DNA of 64,000 nt from Haplodiscus bocki (lineage: Eukaryota), in the NCBI GenBank assembly GCA_965655095.1, contig OZ296658.1, positions 4,526,001-4,590,000 of the forward strand. The letters are read 5' to 3'. Under the pieces are notes generated by a model. That model saw nothing but the letters and a program-made list of their open reading frames with translations, ran no database searches and was not told the origin of the DNA. This document shows positions 1-9,881 of this stretch, in pieces (within the stretch, counting starts at the first letter, position 1; the number at the start of each line of letters is the position of its first letter). A program made the translations under genes and the position numbers.

Positions 1-77
1 TACTAAACGCATCTTCTATTTCATTAACTTCTTTTCTTTGATTAGAAATCGAACTTTTATTGGTTCAGTACTAACAC

Positions 78-785
78 ATGGAGGAGCTTTCCAGGACAAT
101 GAATGAGTATTTGATAGTTGCAGCCTCGTCTGTGTACTGGGCAATGGATGACAAACCGCATCTGTTCGAAGGTTTACAAAATAAAGTTTTTAGCGTTCCC
201 GGTTTGGCTTTAAATCATGCAAATAAAGAGAAAAACATTGAAGTGCTTTTGAGGACACATAAAATTCCAACGACATCAAACAAAATAATTTTGTGGCATG
301 ATGCTGTAAATAACAGTCTTTCTTCAAAGAAGAATCCAGCGCTGACCCCGTATCAATTTTTTCAAAAGTTACGACTTCTTACTCAATACAATGTCATTGG
401 CTTTACCTATTTACCTCGTCGTGGTGCGCACGACCTTTCTGATGATCTTTCATTTTGCCCAGCTGGTATCACGTTTATCAAAATCAATGCAATTCTCACA
501 CAACGGTACAAGAAACTGCTGCAACCTGGCAATGATTTGCATTTAAATCCAATTTTAGAAGCTCACATGGTGTCACGAGTAGTTTTCTGTGAGAGTCTTT
601 TTGTTCTGTCCCAAAAACGAGCAGTTAACAGGAAAAGAAATTTGGAAAATAGGGTTAGTGGTTTTGATAGTTATCATTTTTTTTGTCTTCAACAATTGTT
701 TTTCTTGACATTGGTCGCAAGATATTCAATTGCTCGGAATGACCTAACAAGAGAATGGAGAAATCATTTCAACGTGTCTCTTTAA
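78..785 (+). CDS. SGNH/GDSL hydrolase-like protein (TE-associated family, homolog of 7892..8527)
   Basis: Blocks LIVAASS, SVPGLALN, IILWHDAVNNS, YLPRRGAHD and NDLHL align by eye with the 7892..8527 protein and follow the S-G-N-H block order. The C-terminal ~45 aa may be run-on. Confidence 0.55.
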   Translation: MEELSRTMNEYLIVAASSVYWAMDDKPHLFEGLQNKVFSVPGLALNHANKEKNIEVLLRTHKIPTTSNKIILWHDAVNNSLSSKKNPALTPYQFFQKLRLLTQYNVIGFTYLPRRGAHDLSDDLSFCPAGITFIKINAILTQRYKKLLQPGNDLHLNPILEAHMVSRVVFCESLFVLSQKRAVNRKRNLENRVSGFDSYHFFCLQQLFFLTLVARYSIARNDLTREWRNHFNVSL

Positions 786-1739
786 GACGTATGTTAAGAG
801 CTGTTAAAAACGTTTCCAGTTCCGCATCAAAGAAAAATACTTTTAACTGTAGAAGCATAGGTTTTTTTGTTGGGTGCGGATATTGGTTGCTTGTTTCCGC
901 GCGGAGCGTGGAAACAAGCTTTCTACCTTTTGATTTTATTCATTTGTTTCTTTTTTTATCAGGTAGCTAGGTTATCTCATTAGCCGTTACTGAACAACAG
1001 CTCTTGTGGAGCCTCAAATTCCAATTTATTTCTACTGTGGTGTGCTGACCTCCATCAACGCATAAAATTATGTCGTTCCCAACTGAAACTTTGATTCGTC
1101 GGTGTTCTTCACCGCTTGTGTTACTTGAAAAGAACGTGTTTCTTTCATTCATTGGAGACTTTCATCGACTTTTTTATTGCTTAATGTATTGTTGTTGAGG
1201 TGTCGGTGTTTCAACACCGCACCTTTTGTTTTCGGAAACAAACTTTTGTGTTTTCGATATCTTTAATTGTTCTAAGAATGTTGAATGTTTTCATCTGAAA
1301 TTGTAGAATTTATGAATGAGTGCGTTTGGAATTTTTACTTTTCTCCACTAATTACTGTTACATTTTTAAAATGGAAATCAAATTGAATTATACTTATCCG
1401 AGCACTTTTTAATCTTGGATGACAATAATCGACGAGCAGTTGAGCGTATAGTTGTCTGTTGAATTGGATAGCAGGAGTAAGAAAAACACTTTGAAGTCAT
1501 TAGATTTCGTTGTTGTCTCGCAGGTAGTTCGAGTGTTTTGAAAAAAAGCCTTTGAATTGAATGAATAAAAAGCACAATCTTAGGTATGTTTACGTTGTAA
1601 AGTTAGTCTGGTTACCGAAACTTTTTGTCTAGTTTAAAGTAGTTAACGGTCAGACTGTCGCTGAAACTTGAAAAGTAAAATATTAAACATCACAAGTTAA
1701 TTTATGAATAATTATTTGAGTACGTCGCGTTTTTAAGAT

Positions 1740-2738
1740 ATGAACCGTCAAGTGTCTCTGGCACAGGTGACCTCGAAAGGTTTTTTAAGTATCAGTGGGA
1801 ATACAACCTTGCGAGGAATTGTACTTGTCCTCAAAAGAAGTGATCGTCCACTGCAGCTCTATCGGCCCCAAACCCTTAAACTTAAAAGGCCTTCCCCTGA
1901 AGGAAATTACGACCGAATGGCAATAATAGGTCAATGGAACTGTAAGGATTGTTTTGTAGTAATTTCACAGTCGGCTCAAAAGTCAGCGAATCTTTTCTCT
2001 GATCGTTACCTGACGGTGGGGTCCATCGTCGATGTCGCCGAGCCGCTGTACACTAACACTTGTCTGGGAAATGACATGCATAACCCCATCGTGGAGACTC
2101 ACCATCCACTGACAGTTGTGAATAACTTAAATGACAATGATTTCCCTCCCATACCCATTTCCACGTCGCCAACAACTCCAGCAATGTTCCATTATACGTT
2201 GACAAACAGGCCACTGACATTCTTGCACTCAATTGTGGTGGCACCAACCTGTTCGGGAACTCTTTGTGACAGAAGATCGACGAAGAATGAAAGCGTTTGT
2301 GCTTGCATTCAAAAAAGTTCTGTTTCGTCGTGGACCCTGTCGACACGAATAATCTCACGAGATGTTGATGATGAAGACGATGACCCGCTGAGTGGTGATA
2401 TGACTCAAAGTCATCATGTCGCGTCCTTCTTCTGTACCAACGATGTATTGCGTCTCCCATCAAGTTCTGTCGATGTAGGCGAATTGCGCGAGGCTATTGA
2501 TCGTGTTTCTCAACACGTCAATGCTAACGGCGGATGGCGAGTCTCTGGTTTTGTTAAAAGTAGTGTGAGCGACGAATCAATCACACAGGAAGTTCAACGC
2601 GTCAGAGTTTGTCGTTTGATCTCAGCAGTTCAGGTGCCTGACAACATGAAATACGGCATTGGCGAAGCGGAACAACCACGCGGTGGACCACCACCTCTAC
2701 AGCATGCAAATCCTAATGTGTTGAACGTACAACATTAA
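1740..2738 (+). CDS. Uncharacterised intronless 332-aa protein with Cys cluster (possible OB-fold/Zn-ribbon)
   Basis: Long ATG-started ORF, GC-richer than its flanks; CSGTLCDRR...CAC cluster; beta-rich N-terminal half. The fold assignment is inference only. Confidence 0.6.
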   Translation: MNRQVSLAQVTSKGFLSISGNTTLRGIVLVLKRSDRPLQLYRPQTLKLKRPSPEGNYDRMAIIGQWNCKDCFVVISQSAQKSANLFSDRYLTVGSIVDVAEPLYTNTCLGNDMHNPIVETHHPLTVVNNLNDNDFPPIPISTSPTTPAMFHYTLTNRPLTFLHSIVVAPTCSGTLCDRRSTKNESVCACIQKSSVSSWTLSTRIISRDVDDEDDDPLSGDMTQSHHVASFFCTNDVLRLPSSSVDVGELREAIDRVSQHVNANGGWRVSGFVKSSVSDESITQEVQRVRVCRLISAVQVPDNMKYGIGEAEQPRGGPPPLQHANPNVLNVQH

Positions 2739-3770
2739 TTTCCCGTGAAATTTTGGAAAATCCTGTTGTAGAGTTTCTTGTAGTTGTAACTGGAGGACAT
2801 TATTGGTTGAAAAGAGCTTTCAACTAGTTGGTTGTTAGAACTCTTCTCATATTTTTCTTTACTTTAATCTGAGCGGCATCTTTGTGAATACGTAGTTGTG
2901 TTCTCAATACAAATCGGTTATTTAGTGTAATAATTGATTGCCATATTCTCTTTCGGTTATAAAGTAATGCAAAATTGGTACTTCGAATTATTATATTATT
3001 GAAGTTTTTCACTTCTCAATCTGACAAGATTATCATTTCGAACAACTTTCTGTTTCATTAGAAGTTTTACGAGTTTGGAGTAAAAATTTACATTAGTTTA
3101 CCACTCACAATCAACTGCTTCTGATGACAACGAAGTTTTCTCATATGGTTTACTATTTTCTTTCACCAAAGTTTTTTTCAAATACTGCAACAAAAAATAC
3201 AATTGTAATCGCTGGAGCACAATCAAAACTGGTAGCAGTAGCTTCGGGCAGTTTTTTTTACATGCAAGTAAAACATAAACAACACAGCGAAATGGGCGAT
3301 ACATTTTGTACGATTTTCCCATATATTCCCTAAAAATGTTTCAAACTATGGGAAATTTAAATCCAACGAGACGGTTTTTGCTGTCGCTATCATAATAATT
3401 ATACTTATGTGAAGACTTCAAGAAATTAAAATACTTTCTTCTAATTTACATACGCTAAAGCCTCTACTGGTAATTGGTACCCTAGCCTCCGCTGGGTTTG
3501 GCGCAGAGGCTGAGTTGGTGCACGTGGGCGCCATCAGTTGTATTACAGTTAATCTGAAAAAACTTATCAAATAGCTGAGGCTGTTTACTAAATTCATCAC
3601 AACAATTAGGCGTTTTTGGCAGTTTGCAAGACGTCTTGTCCAACCTCGAAACCTCAATGTTTATACTGATGTCATTTCAATTCACCGTTTAAGGTCGTCG
3701 CGATTATTATTATTATTATTATTATTATTATAACTTCGTGGATATGCCACTGGGGAATTTTACCCCTCTG

Positions 3771-6683
3771 TTAGAATCTAGGATTGGCACGACAGTTTAC
3801 ACATAAACAAATGAAAATCCAAGTACAGGGATTGTTTTCAGTCCAATGTCTATTAAAATACGTCCACATATATTCAATCAGTTTCTTCTTCAGATTTTCC
3901 GGGTTGAAGAAATCAAGTGATCTTTGCACGACGTTTATTCTGAATCCAGTCCTGTACCAAAAGTTTTGCCTCTGTATTTCATATCTAGTGTCTGGAAGCA
4001 CAACACGTCTTCTTCTACCGCTGTTAGTGATTTTGAATTCTTTCGAAAAATCTACATCGTGTCTTCCTTCCAAAATGTTACTGAAGAGTAAAAGGTCTTT
4101 AAGCACTTTAAAGTAGAGTGGTGGTAATAAATTCGATTGGACCAAAGCATCCTTATAATCCAAATTTCCGCAAATCCACTTCAGAACCTTTTTATTGAAT
4201 TTTTCAATGATTTTGAAACTCGTATTTCTTAGTTCCCAGCATTCGGATGCAAAAAGTAACGACGTTGTTATTATTGATCGGTAAAGATGGGCTTTAGTCT
4301 GGGTGCAAATGATCGGCATGGTACTTCTTCTTAACAGAAAGAACGATTTTGCTGCCTTTCCAACTCTTACTTTCACATGCTCGTTCCAGTTTAGTGATTC
4401 ATCTATGAACAAGCCGACGTCACGAACCAGGCTTTTGTGGTTTAAATTTCGACCCTCCATATTAAAACAAACTCCTTCGAGAGTGTTCTTATTTCTACCG
4501 TACTGAAATTCGCTGATTGAACACTTTTTCAAATTGAATAGTAGTTGATTTTGCATACTCCAGTTCTGAAGGGCTTGTAAATCGATTTGAAGTTTTCCTA
4601 AGGATTCTTGTTCAGCTCTCCCATTGAAAATCAATTTTAAATCATCGGCAAACAGTAAAGCCATCGATGAGAAAACAACAGTGGGGAGATCGTTTATGTA
4701 TATCAAGAAGAGTAATGGTCCCAATACCGATCCCTGTGGTACTCCAGATGTTACAGTCCGCTCATTCGACAACTGGTCACCTATTCGCACTTTCTGTGTT
4801 CTTCCTAATAAATAGTCTTGAATCAGTTCGAATAAAGCCCTGGAGATGGGAAGTTGTAGTAACTTTTTCATCAGGATACTATGCTTTATTTTGTCAAACG
4901 CTTTAGAGAAATCAAATAAAACAAATAAATTAACAGAGTCTCTCGAGTTCAAGTGTGAGTAGATATGAGATAAACTGTATAGTAATTGCAGTACAACTGA
5001 ACGTCTCGGCCTAAAACCAAATTGGAAATTGCTTATACAATCTGCAAACGCAGTGTAAATTGGTGCAAAGATGAATTTTTCAAATGATTTTGAGATTATG
5101 TTTAAGAGAGTAACTGGCCTATAGTTCGAAACTTCTCTTTTGTCACCGTCTTTGTATATCGGACTGACAATTCCGGTCTTCCATGCAGATGGAAATTTGC
5201 GCAATCGCTTGATATTACTGAACAAGTTTCGAAGGGACGTAGCGATTGATCCCCCGCATTTTTTAAACAATATGGGTGGTATCGAATCGTGACCTCTGCT
5301 CTTCGAGATGTTAAGTGACTTTAGCTCTGCTTTTATTGAATCTTCCGTTATTATGATGTCATTTTCCCCAAAACTATGCTGCTCGCTTGGTTCGAAGTAT
5401 TCATAATCGTCATCAGTCACTACCGTAGCAAAGTAATTATTAAAAAGGTTTGCTTTCTCGAGATCTGTGCTAGCTTCCCTTTTCAAGCTTTCTGATTTTA
5501 TGACTGGCGGTAGACTGTCTTTTTTCAGGCTTTTCAAATATTTGAAAATTCGTCCTTTATGTCTGCTGGCAAAAAGCCTTTGTTCGTAATCGACTCTATC
5601 ATTTGTTTGCAATTGATCACATTCTTCGGTTAGCTTTTTCAGTTTTTCAGACGTACCGAGTCCCTTTTTCTGTAATTTTCTTCGCTCAGTTTTTATCTTG
5701 TTCATGTGATGTGATGTCTCAGCAGATGTCCATGGAGGCAGTAGTTGTCTGTTTTTAGTTCGGATAGGAACATGTTTTTCGATCAATTTAAATATCCATT
5801 CATACCAAAGATTCGTGTTGAGATCCACATTGCTATAGCAGTACGGTTCGAATGGATTGGCAATAATATCCTCATTCAATGCATCGAAATCACAATTGCA
5901 GTAACTAAAGTACCTCGTTGATAATTTCTCTGCAACTTTACTATTTATGGACATATTGATCGTGATGGGAAAATGGTCTGAGAACCGAGACAGATTTCCG
6001 CACAGCTTTGTATCATTGATGATTGAATCTTCATTACAAAACACAAGATCAAGACAGCTTTTCTTTGTTGTAATGAAATCGATATATTGTTTTAAATTCA
6101 AATCGAACAGAAGCGAAGCGATCTGATTTTCATATTCGTTTACAGAATCATAGGTACTCCAATTTGTGTGAGGCATGTTGAAGTCACCGGTAAAGAGGAG
6201 ACGTTTGGGGCACGTTTCCTCAAGGAAGCGGAATAACTTTTGTAAATCCTCAATAGATATCTGGTATTTGCTTCCCGCCGGAGGATTGTAGAGAACTGCT
6301 ATGTACAAGGGTTCTAAGCCAATTAGCTTAGTAACGCGAAGTGAAGATTGAACTGATAAGGGTAATTCAGCCACACTAACTTCCTCGGTTTTGATTGTTT
6401 TCTTTACTGCTATCAATACACCGCCATGGCGAGACGCATCTGATTCAGTTGGTTTATCGCTTTGTATCTGATTCAGTTCGTCTGATTCAGTTGGTCTTTC
6501 ACCTCGTATAATATCATAATCGGGAAGAAACAGTTCTGCACTTTTTGTGTCAGTAGTGAGCCATGTCTCAGTTAAAAGTAAAACGTCAAAGTCAAGTCTG
6601 TAGACATAGTCAGCAAATTTAATTCTTTTGTTCAAGTCGATCAAGCTTCTTACATTATATAGCAAGAGATTGATTGATTTTAG
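3771..6683 (-). CDS. LINE ORF2: AP-endonuclease + reverse transcriptase
   Basis: APE motifs YNVRSL, LTETWL, HGGV, YNPP, GDFN, LDLV, SDH; RT motifs NYRPVTLL, QFGFR, DFSKAFD, GVPQGSVLGPLLF, FADD; C-terminal CTW..C.C..C. Open frame starts right after the ORF1 TGA and has no AUG before residue ~164. Confidence 0.96.
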   Translation of the reverse strand, partial: LKSINLLLYNVRSLIDLNKRIKFADYVYRLDFDVLLLTETWLTTDTKSAELFLPDYDIIRGERPTESDELNQIQSDKPTESDASRHGGVLIAVKKTIKTEEVSVAELPLSVQSSLRVTKLIGLEPLYIAVLYNPPAGSKYQISIEDLQKLFRFLEETCPKRLLFTGDFNMPHTNWSTYDSVNEYENQIASLLFDLNLKQYIDFITTKKSCLDLVFCNEDSIINDTKLCGNLSRFSDHFPITINMSINSKVAEKLSTRYFSYCNCDFDALNEDIIANPFEPYCYSNVDLNTNLWYEWIFKLIEKHVPIRTKNRQLLPPWTSAETSHHMNKIKTERRKLQKKGLGTSEKLKKLTEECDQLQTNDRVDYEQRLFASRHKGRIFKYLKSLKKDSLPPVIKSESLKREASTDLEKANLFNNYFATVVTDDDYEYFEPSEQHSFGENDIIITEDSIKAELKSLNISKSRGHDSIPPILFKKCGGSIATSLRNLFSNIKRLRKFPSAWKTGIVSPIYKDGDKREVSNYRPVTLLNIISKSFEKFIFAPIYTAFADCISNFQFGFRPRRSVVLQLLYSLSHIYSHLNSRDSVNLFVLFDFSKAFDKIKHSILMKKLLQLPISRALFELIQDYLLGRTQKVRIGDQLSNERTVTSGVPQGSVLGPLLFLIYINDLPTVVFSSMALLFADDLKLIFNGRAEQESLGKLQIDLQALQNWSMQNQLLFNLKKCSISEFQYGRNKNTLEGVCFNMEGRNLNHKSLVRDVGLFIDESLNWNEHVKVRVGKAAKSFFLLRRSTMPIICTQTKAHLYRSIITTSLLFASECWELRNTSFKIIEKFNKKVLKWICGNLDYKDALVQSNLLPPLYFKVLKDLLLFSNILEGRHDVDFSKEFKITNSGRRRRVVLPDTRYEIQRQNFWYRTGFRINVVQRSLDFFNPENLKKKLIEYMWTYFNRHWTENNPCTWIFICLCVNCRANPRF

Positions 6684-7694
6684 TCAGAATTCGTTCGCAG
6701 CAGCATTTGCAGCGTTTGAATCTGTTTTTCTGCGGCGCTTTTGAACCTGTAGCTGAGTTGCAGTTCCCCTAATTGTGTTTCTATAGTTTATTGAGTCATC
6801 TCCTTCCTTCTTTTTAGCTTCATCAATCATTGAACTTATTTTTTCACGGGTCTGTCTTGAATAGTCATGAGAAACACTGATCAGTTGGAATTTCAATTCT
6901 GCTTCTTTCAAATTTCTCAAGGTTCGAAAGATGTCCACTTTATCCTTTTTCTCTTTAAGGACAATTTTTAGCGGTCTCGGTCTTGGTGTGTCTTCATTGC
7001 TAATTTTCCCAATTCGTATAACTTTGTCTATTTGGTTTTCATCCAGTTCGATCCTTAAGCCTTTTGCGCAAAATTCATTAAAGATTTGTAGGTCTTCACT
7101 TTCTCTTCCCTTTGGGGTTTCGAGTTTGCTCTCTGGAACATTAAAGAGAACCAGATTGTTCTCCCGTTTCTCATTGCTCCTTTTCTTGTTCCTGCTGTTG
7201 CAGAGTTTCTTTCATTATTTTCTTCATGTTTGGTATAGGAGGCGGTACATTGCTTTTTTGCCATGATGTCTTGATTTGCTCCGGTATCTGCTGCTGTTTT
7301 TCAATGACTAAATTGATTTTTTGTTCTCAAGCTTTTGTTCAATATGCAATATTCGTTCTTCAATGAATTTCTGCACTGTGTTTTCAAGCTTATTCTCATT
7401 CAGTTGTCGTTCAGTTAACTGCCTTTGTATGCAGTCTAACTTACTGCCGATTTCATTAATATCATCTGGCCCATTTCTGAGAAGTTTTTTACCACTCTCT
7501 TCGCAGTCTTTACACAACCAAATGAGTCCTGAAGTTTTATGCAGACATCTAAGGACATTTAGAGCAATGCCGGAACATTCACCGGCGTGGTACCAGCAAC
7601 CACATTTAAAACAAGAAACTGATCCATCTTTGCATTCAAGATTACAGGTACCGCATGGGTACTTCGTTGATTGAGTTCTAGCTTTATCTCCCAT
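6684..7694 (-). pseudogene. LINE ORF1 (PHD finger, coiled coil, L1-type RRM/CTD) with two frameshifts
   Basis: PHD C4HC3: CGTC..CFKCGCWYH..C..WLCKDC. In a shifted frame: KRENNLVLFNVPE...VIRIGK...PRPRPLKIVL...ISVSHDYS. Frameshifts lie in homopolymer runs near 7320 and 7180. Confidence 0.8.
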
Positions 7695-7718
7695 TTTCAA
7701 AGAGTGCAAGGAGTACAG

Positions 7719-7861
7719 GCCCCTTCCTACCAGTTAAGGTTGCGAAGGCACTTGTACTTATAACAAAAGATAAACAGATCGAATAACTGTATTATTTAGA
7801 AATCGTTTGATTTCGTTTGTTGTTTGAGCCCCTTCCTACCAGTTAAGGTTGCGAAGGCACT
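7719..7861. repeat. Exact 34-bp direct repeat pair (7719-7752, 7828-7861)
   Basis: gccccttcctaccagttaaggttgcgaaggcact occurs twice, between the SGNH-like ORF and LINE ORF1. Confidence 0.9.
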
Positions 7862-7891
7862 CTTAACAAAATCAAACAACACAATCTAACT

Positions 7892-8527
7892 TTACCTAAT
7901 CAGCTGATTCTTCCGTTTAGCTTTTTCTCTTTCTTTCTTTGATGGCTTGTTTTTCTTCTTTGGCTTGCACGGTTTCGACTTCTTCTTGTTTCTCTTATAA
8001 AGATTTTTTAAGTTCTTTCTGTGCCGCCAAACAGTTGAGAGCAATCTGGCTTCGAGTTCAGTGGACGGGTGGGTTTGTTTCAGATCGTGCAGAACTATGA
8101 AATCTTTACTCTTGCGATGGGATAGAAGGTTTGATTTAACGTCTAGTATGGTAATTTTGCTCTCCAACAATTTGCGAAAAATGTCAGGGGCTCCTTCACG
8201 TCTACAATATACTACGGCTTCGATTCTATGACTGAAGTCACGCAATATTTGGAGTAACTTTTCAACACTTATGGCCCTGTAGTTGTTGCTTCGATGTTTG
8301 CTAATCGAATTGTTTATAATGTCGTGCCAAATTATCACTTTATACTTTCTGGCGAGTATACCCCTTCCTGTCAGTAGATTTTGTAACACCTTCAATGGGT
8401 TTTTAGCGTTCCAGTTGAAGCTGAGCCCTCCAAGGCTGTAACTTCTGCCAAATAATTCTCTCCTGAATTTGTAGGGTACCCTTCCGATTGTAGCGTTCAG
8501 CGAACTTGCTCCAATTATATAAACCAT
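7892..8527 (-). CDS. SGNH/GDSL hydrolase-like protein with Lys-rich tail
   Basis: Intact 211-aa ORF: IIGASSL (block I), LGGLSFN (II), IIWHDIINNS (III), QTHP (V); two homologs in this window. Confidence 0.65.
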   Translation of the reverse strand: MVYIIGASSLNATIGRVPYKFRRELFGRSYSLGGLSFNWNAKNPLKVLQNLLTGRGILARKYKVIIWHDIINNSISKHRSNNYRAISVEKLLQILRDFSHRIEAVVYCRREGAPDIFRKLLESKITILDVKSNLLSHRKSKDFIVLHDLKQTHPSTELEARLLSTVWRHRKNLKNLYKRNKKKSKPCKPKKKNKPSKKEREKAKRKNQLIR

Positions 8528-9399
8528 AAATGCCGGCCTCTAAAATCCCTTTCACGTAAGGGCTCTCCAGTATCCGGTCTTTTCAATCAAGCACTGAAAC
8601 TATTTAATAAGTATTTAATAAGTATTAAATTCTACTATCTACATGTCAAAAATTCTATCTACATGTCAAAAATTTGTGTCCGCTCCCTGGGCCCGTCCTA
8701 CAGCTCTGGCAAATTTTTCGGGCTTCTTCTTGCGTGTGGCTGCTTTTTGTTCGCGACGGGTTTTTGGTTGCCATTGGGCGTTCGTTGTGTCAATCGAAAA
8801 ATGAGCTTACAAGCAATCCAATCCTGTGCAGTCCTGGGGCCAATATTTGAATTTCATGTAGACCACTTGAAGCGTGAAAAATGTGTGCACCAAAGAGAGA
8901 TTTAACAATGTGTACAAACCAATGGTGAATTTCAGATTTTCCTCCAGAGAATTAAAAAACGTGGAGGGTTCTACTTAGCTTGGTTTCGTCGGATTCCCAT
9001 TGTATAGCTTTCCAAACGTTTGAATAAATTCGAAGAATGTATTAAATTCTTTTTCGCTTCTGTGATCGTTTTTCAATAGTTTGTTTTATCCACATTGATG
9101 GCCTCCCTTCGGCTCCTGTTACTTCATGTGTGTTCAACTTTTTTCTAGAGTGGCCGCTGAAACCAATGCAACAATTTGGTTTTGATGTTTAAGTTGAATT
9201 TAGATGTTTGCAGTCTCGATTGGAATAACAAATGAAGAACAAATCAAAGGACCATCGTTCCTCGGAACCAGAAAAAATTCTGAATGGCAATAAAATTGAC
9301 AAAAAGGTACTAACTTTTTCGTTTTTTGGTTTCTTTGTTTTTTTTTTACCTCTTCAAATAAGTGACCAGTGGCTGTCTTTGCGCCTGATGATTGTCGAG

Positions 9400-9876
9400 A
9401 CCAATGGAGCGTCTACGACAGTTGCTGGAATGACTGCTCTAAATTCTGTCAAGATATCCGAGGTCTTCTTCGATTGGATGGATAAAAGGTTTCTTTTGAC
9501 GTCGATCAAAAAAATTCCAGTACTTTGCAACTCCTTCCCGGTATCGAAGGTGCCAAATCTTTGGCAGTACACAATTGCACTGAAGTATGACTCAGATGGT
9601 TCCGATGACTAATGAATTCTGTGACAGAACAGGGACAATAGTTTTCACTCGAATGGGGAGTTTTCGTATTGTTGAGTAGGTCTTGCCATAACACTCTGTC
9701 CCTCTTAAGTGGGAGATGACCTCTAACCATTTGATTCCGTAGAAACTTCAGTTCACTCGTCGCTCTGTGGTTCAGGGTTAATCCGGGAATAGTTGTGGAT
9801 GTTTAGTAGAGTTTTCCTTCGTTTGAAATGTAGGGGCTTTTGGGTACCGTGTAGGGAGCTGGCTGTACTTGGATAC
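9400..9876 (-). pseudogene. Decayed third SGNH-like homolog, interrupted at its 5' end by the second LINE
   Basis: Fragments in shifting frames: TASSLHGT, TIPGLTLN, VLWQDLLNN, IVYCQRFG, LIDVKRNLLS. All are collinear with 7892..8527. Confidence 0.7.
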
Positions 9877-9881
9877 ACACT

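Larger units (their letters stand above)
3703..7861 (-). mobile_element. Non-LTR retrotransposon (LINE, CR1/L2 group), long copy; 5' end uncertain, may extend to ~8750
   Basis: ORF1 (PHD + RRM-type), ORF2 (APE + RT), ~40-bp 3'UTR and (TAA)n tail at 3703-3730. Confidence 0.93.

Noticed and set aside
1198-1242. Two adjacent hairpins as a Helitron 3' end or terminator
   Set aside because: No CTRR terminus at the expected distance and no Rep/helicase in the window.
3784-4906. Plus-strand ORFs within LINE ORF2 (and mirrors at 11138-12260)
   Set aside because: Antisense shadows of the RT frame.
7170-7325. ORF1 frameshifts as programmed ribosomal frameshifts
   Set aside because: No convincing X XXY YYZ site in the correct phase; they look like homopolymer indels or sequencing errors.
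9793-9881. N-terminus of the 826-aa ORF as a new fusion gene
   Set aside because: Chance in-frame flank (TTG start; antisense of the SGNH pseudogene) joined to a 5'-truncated LINE.
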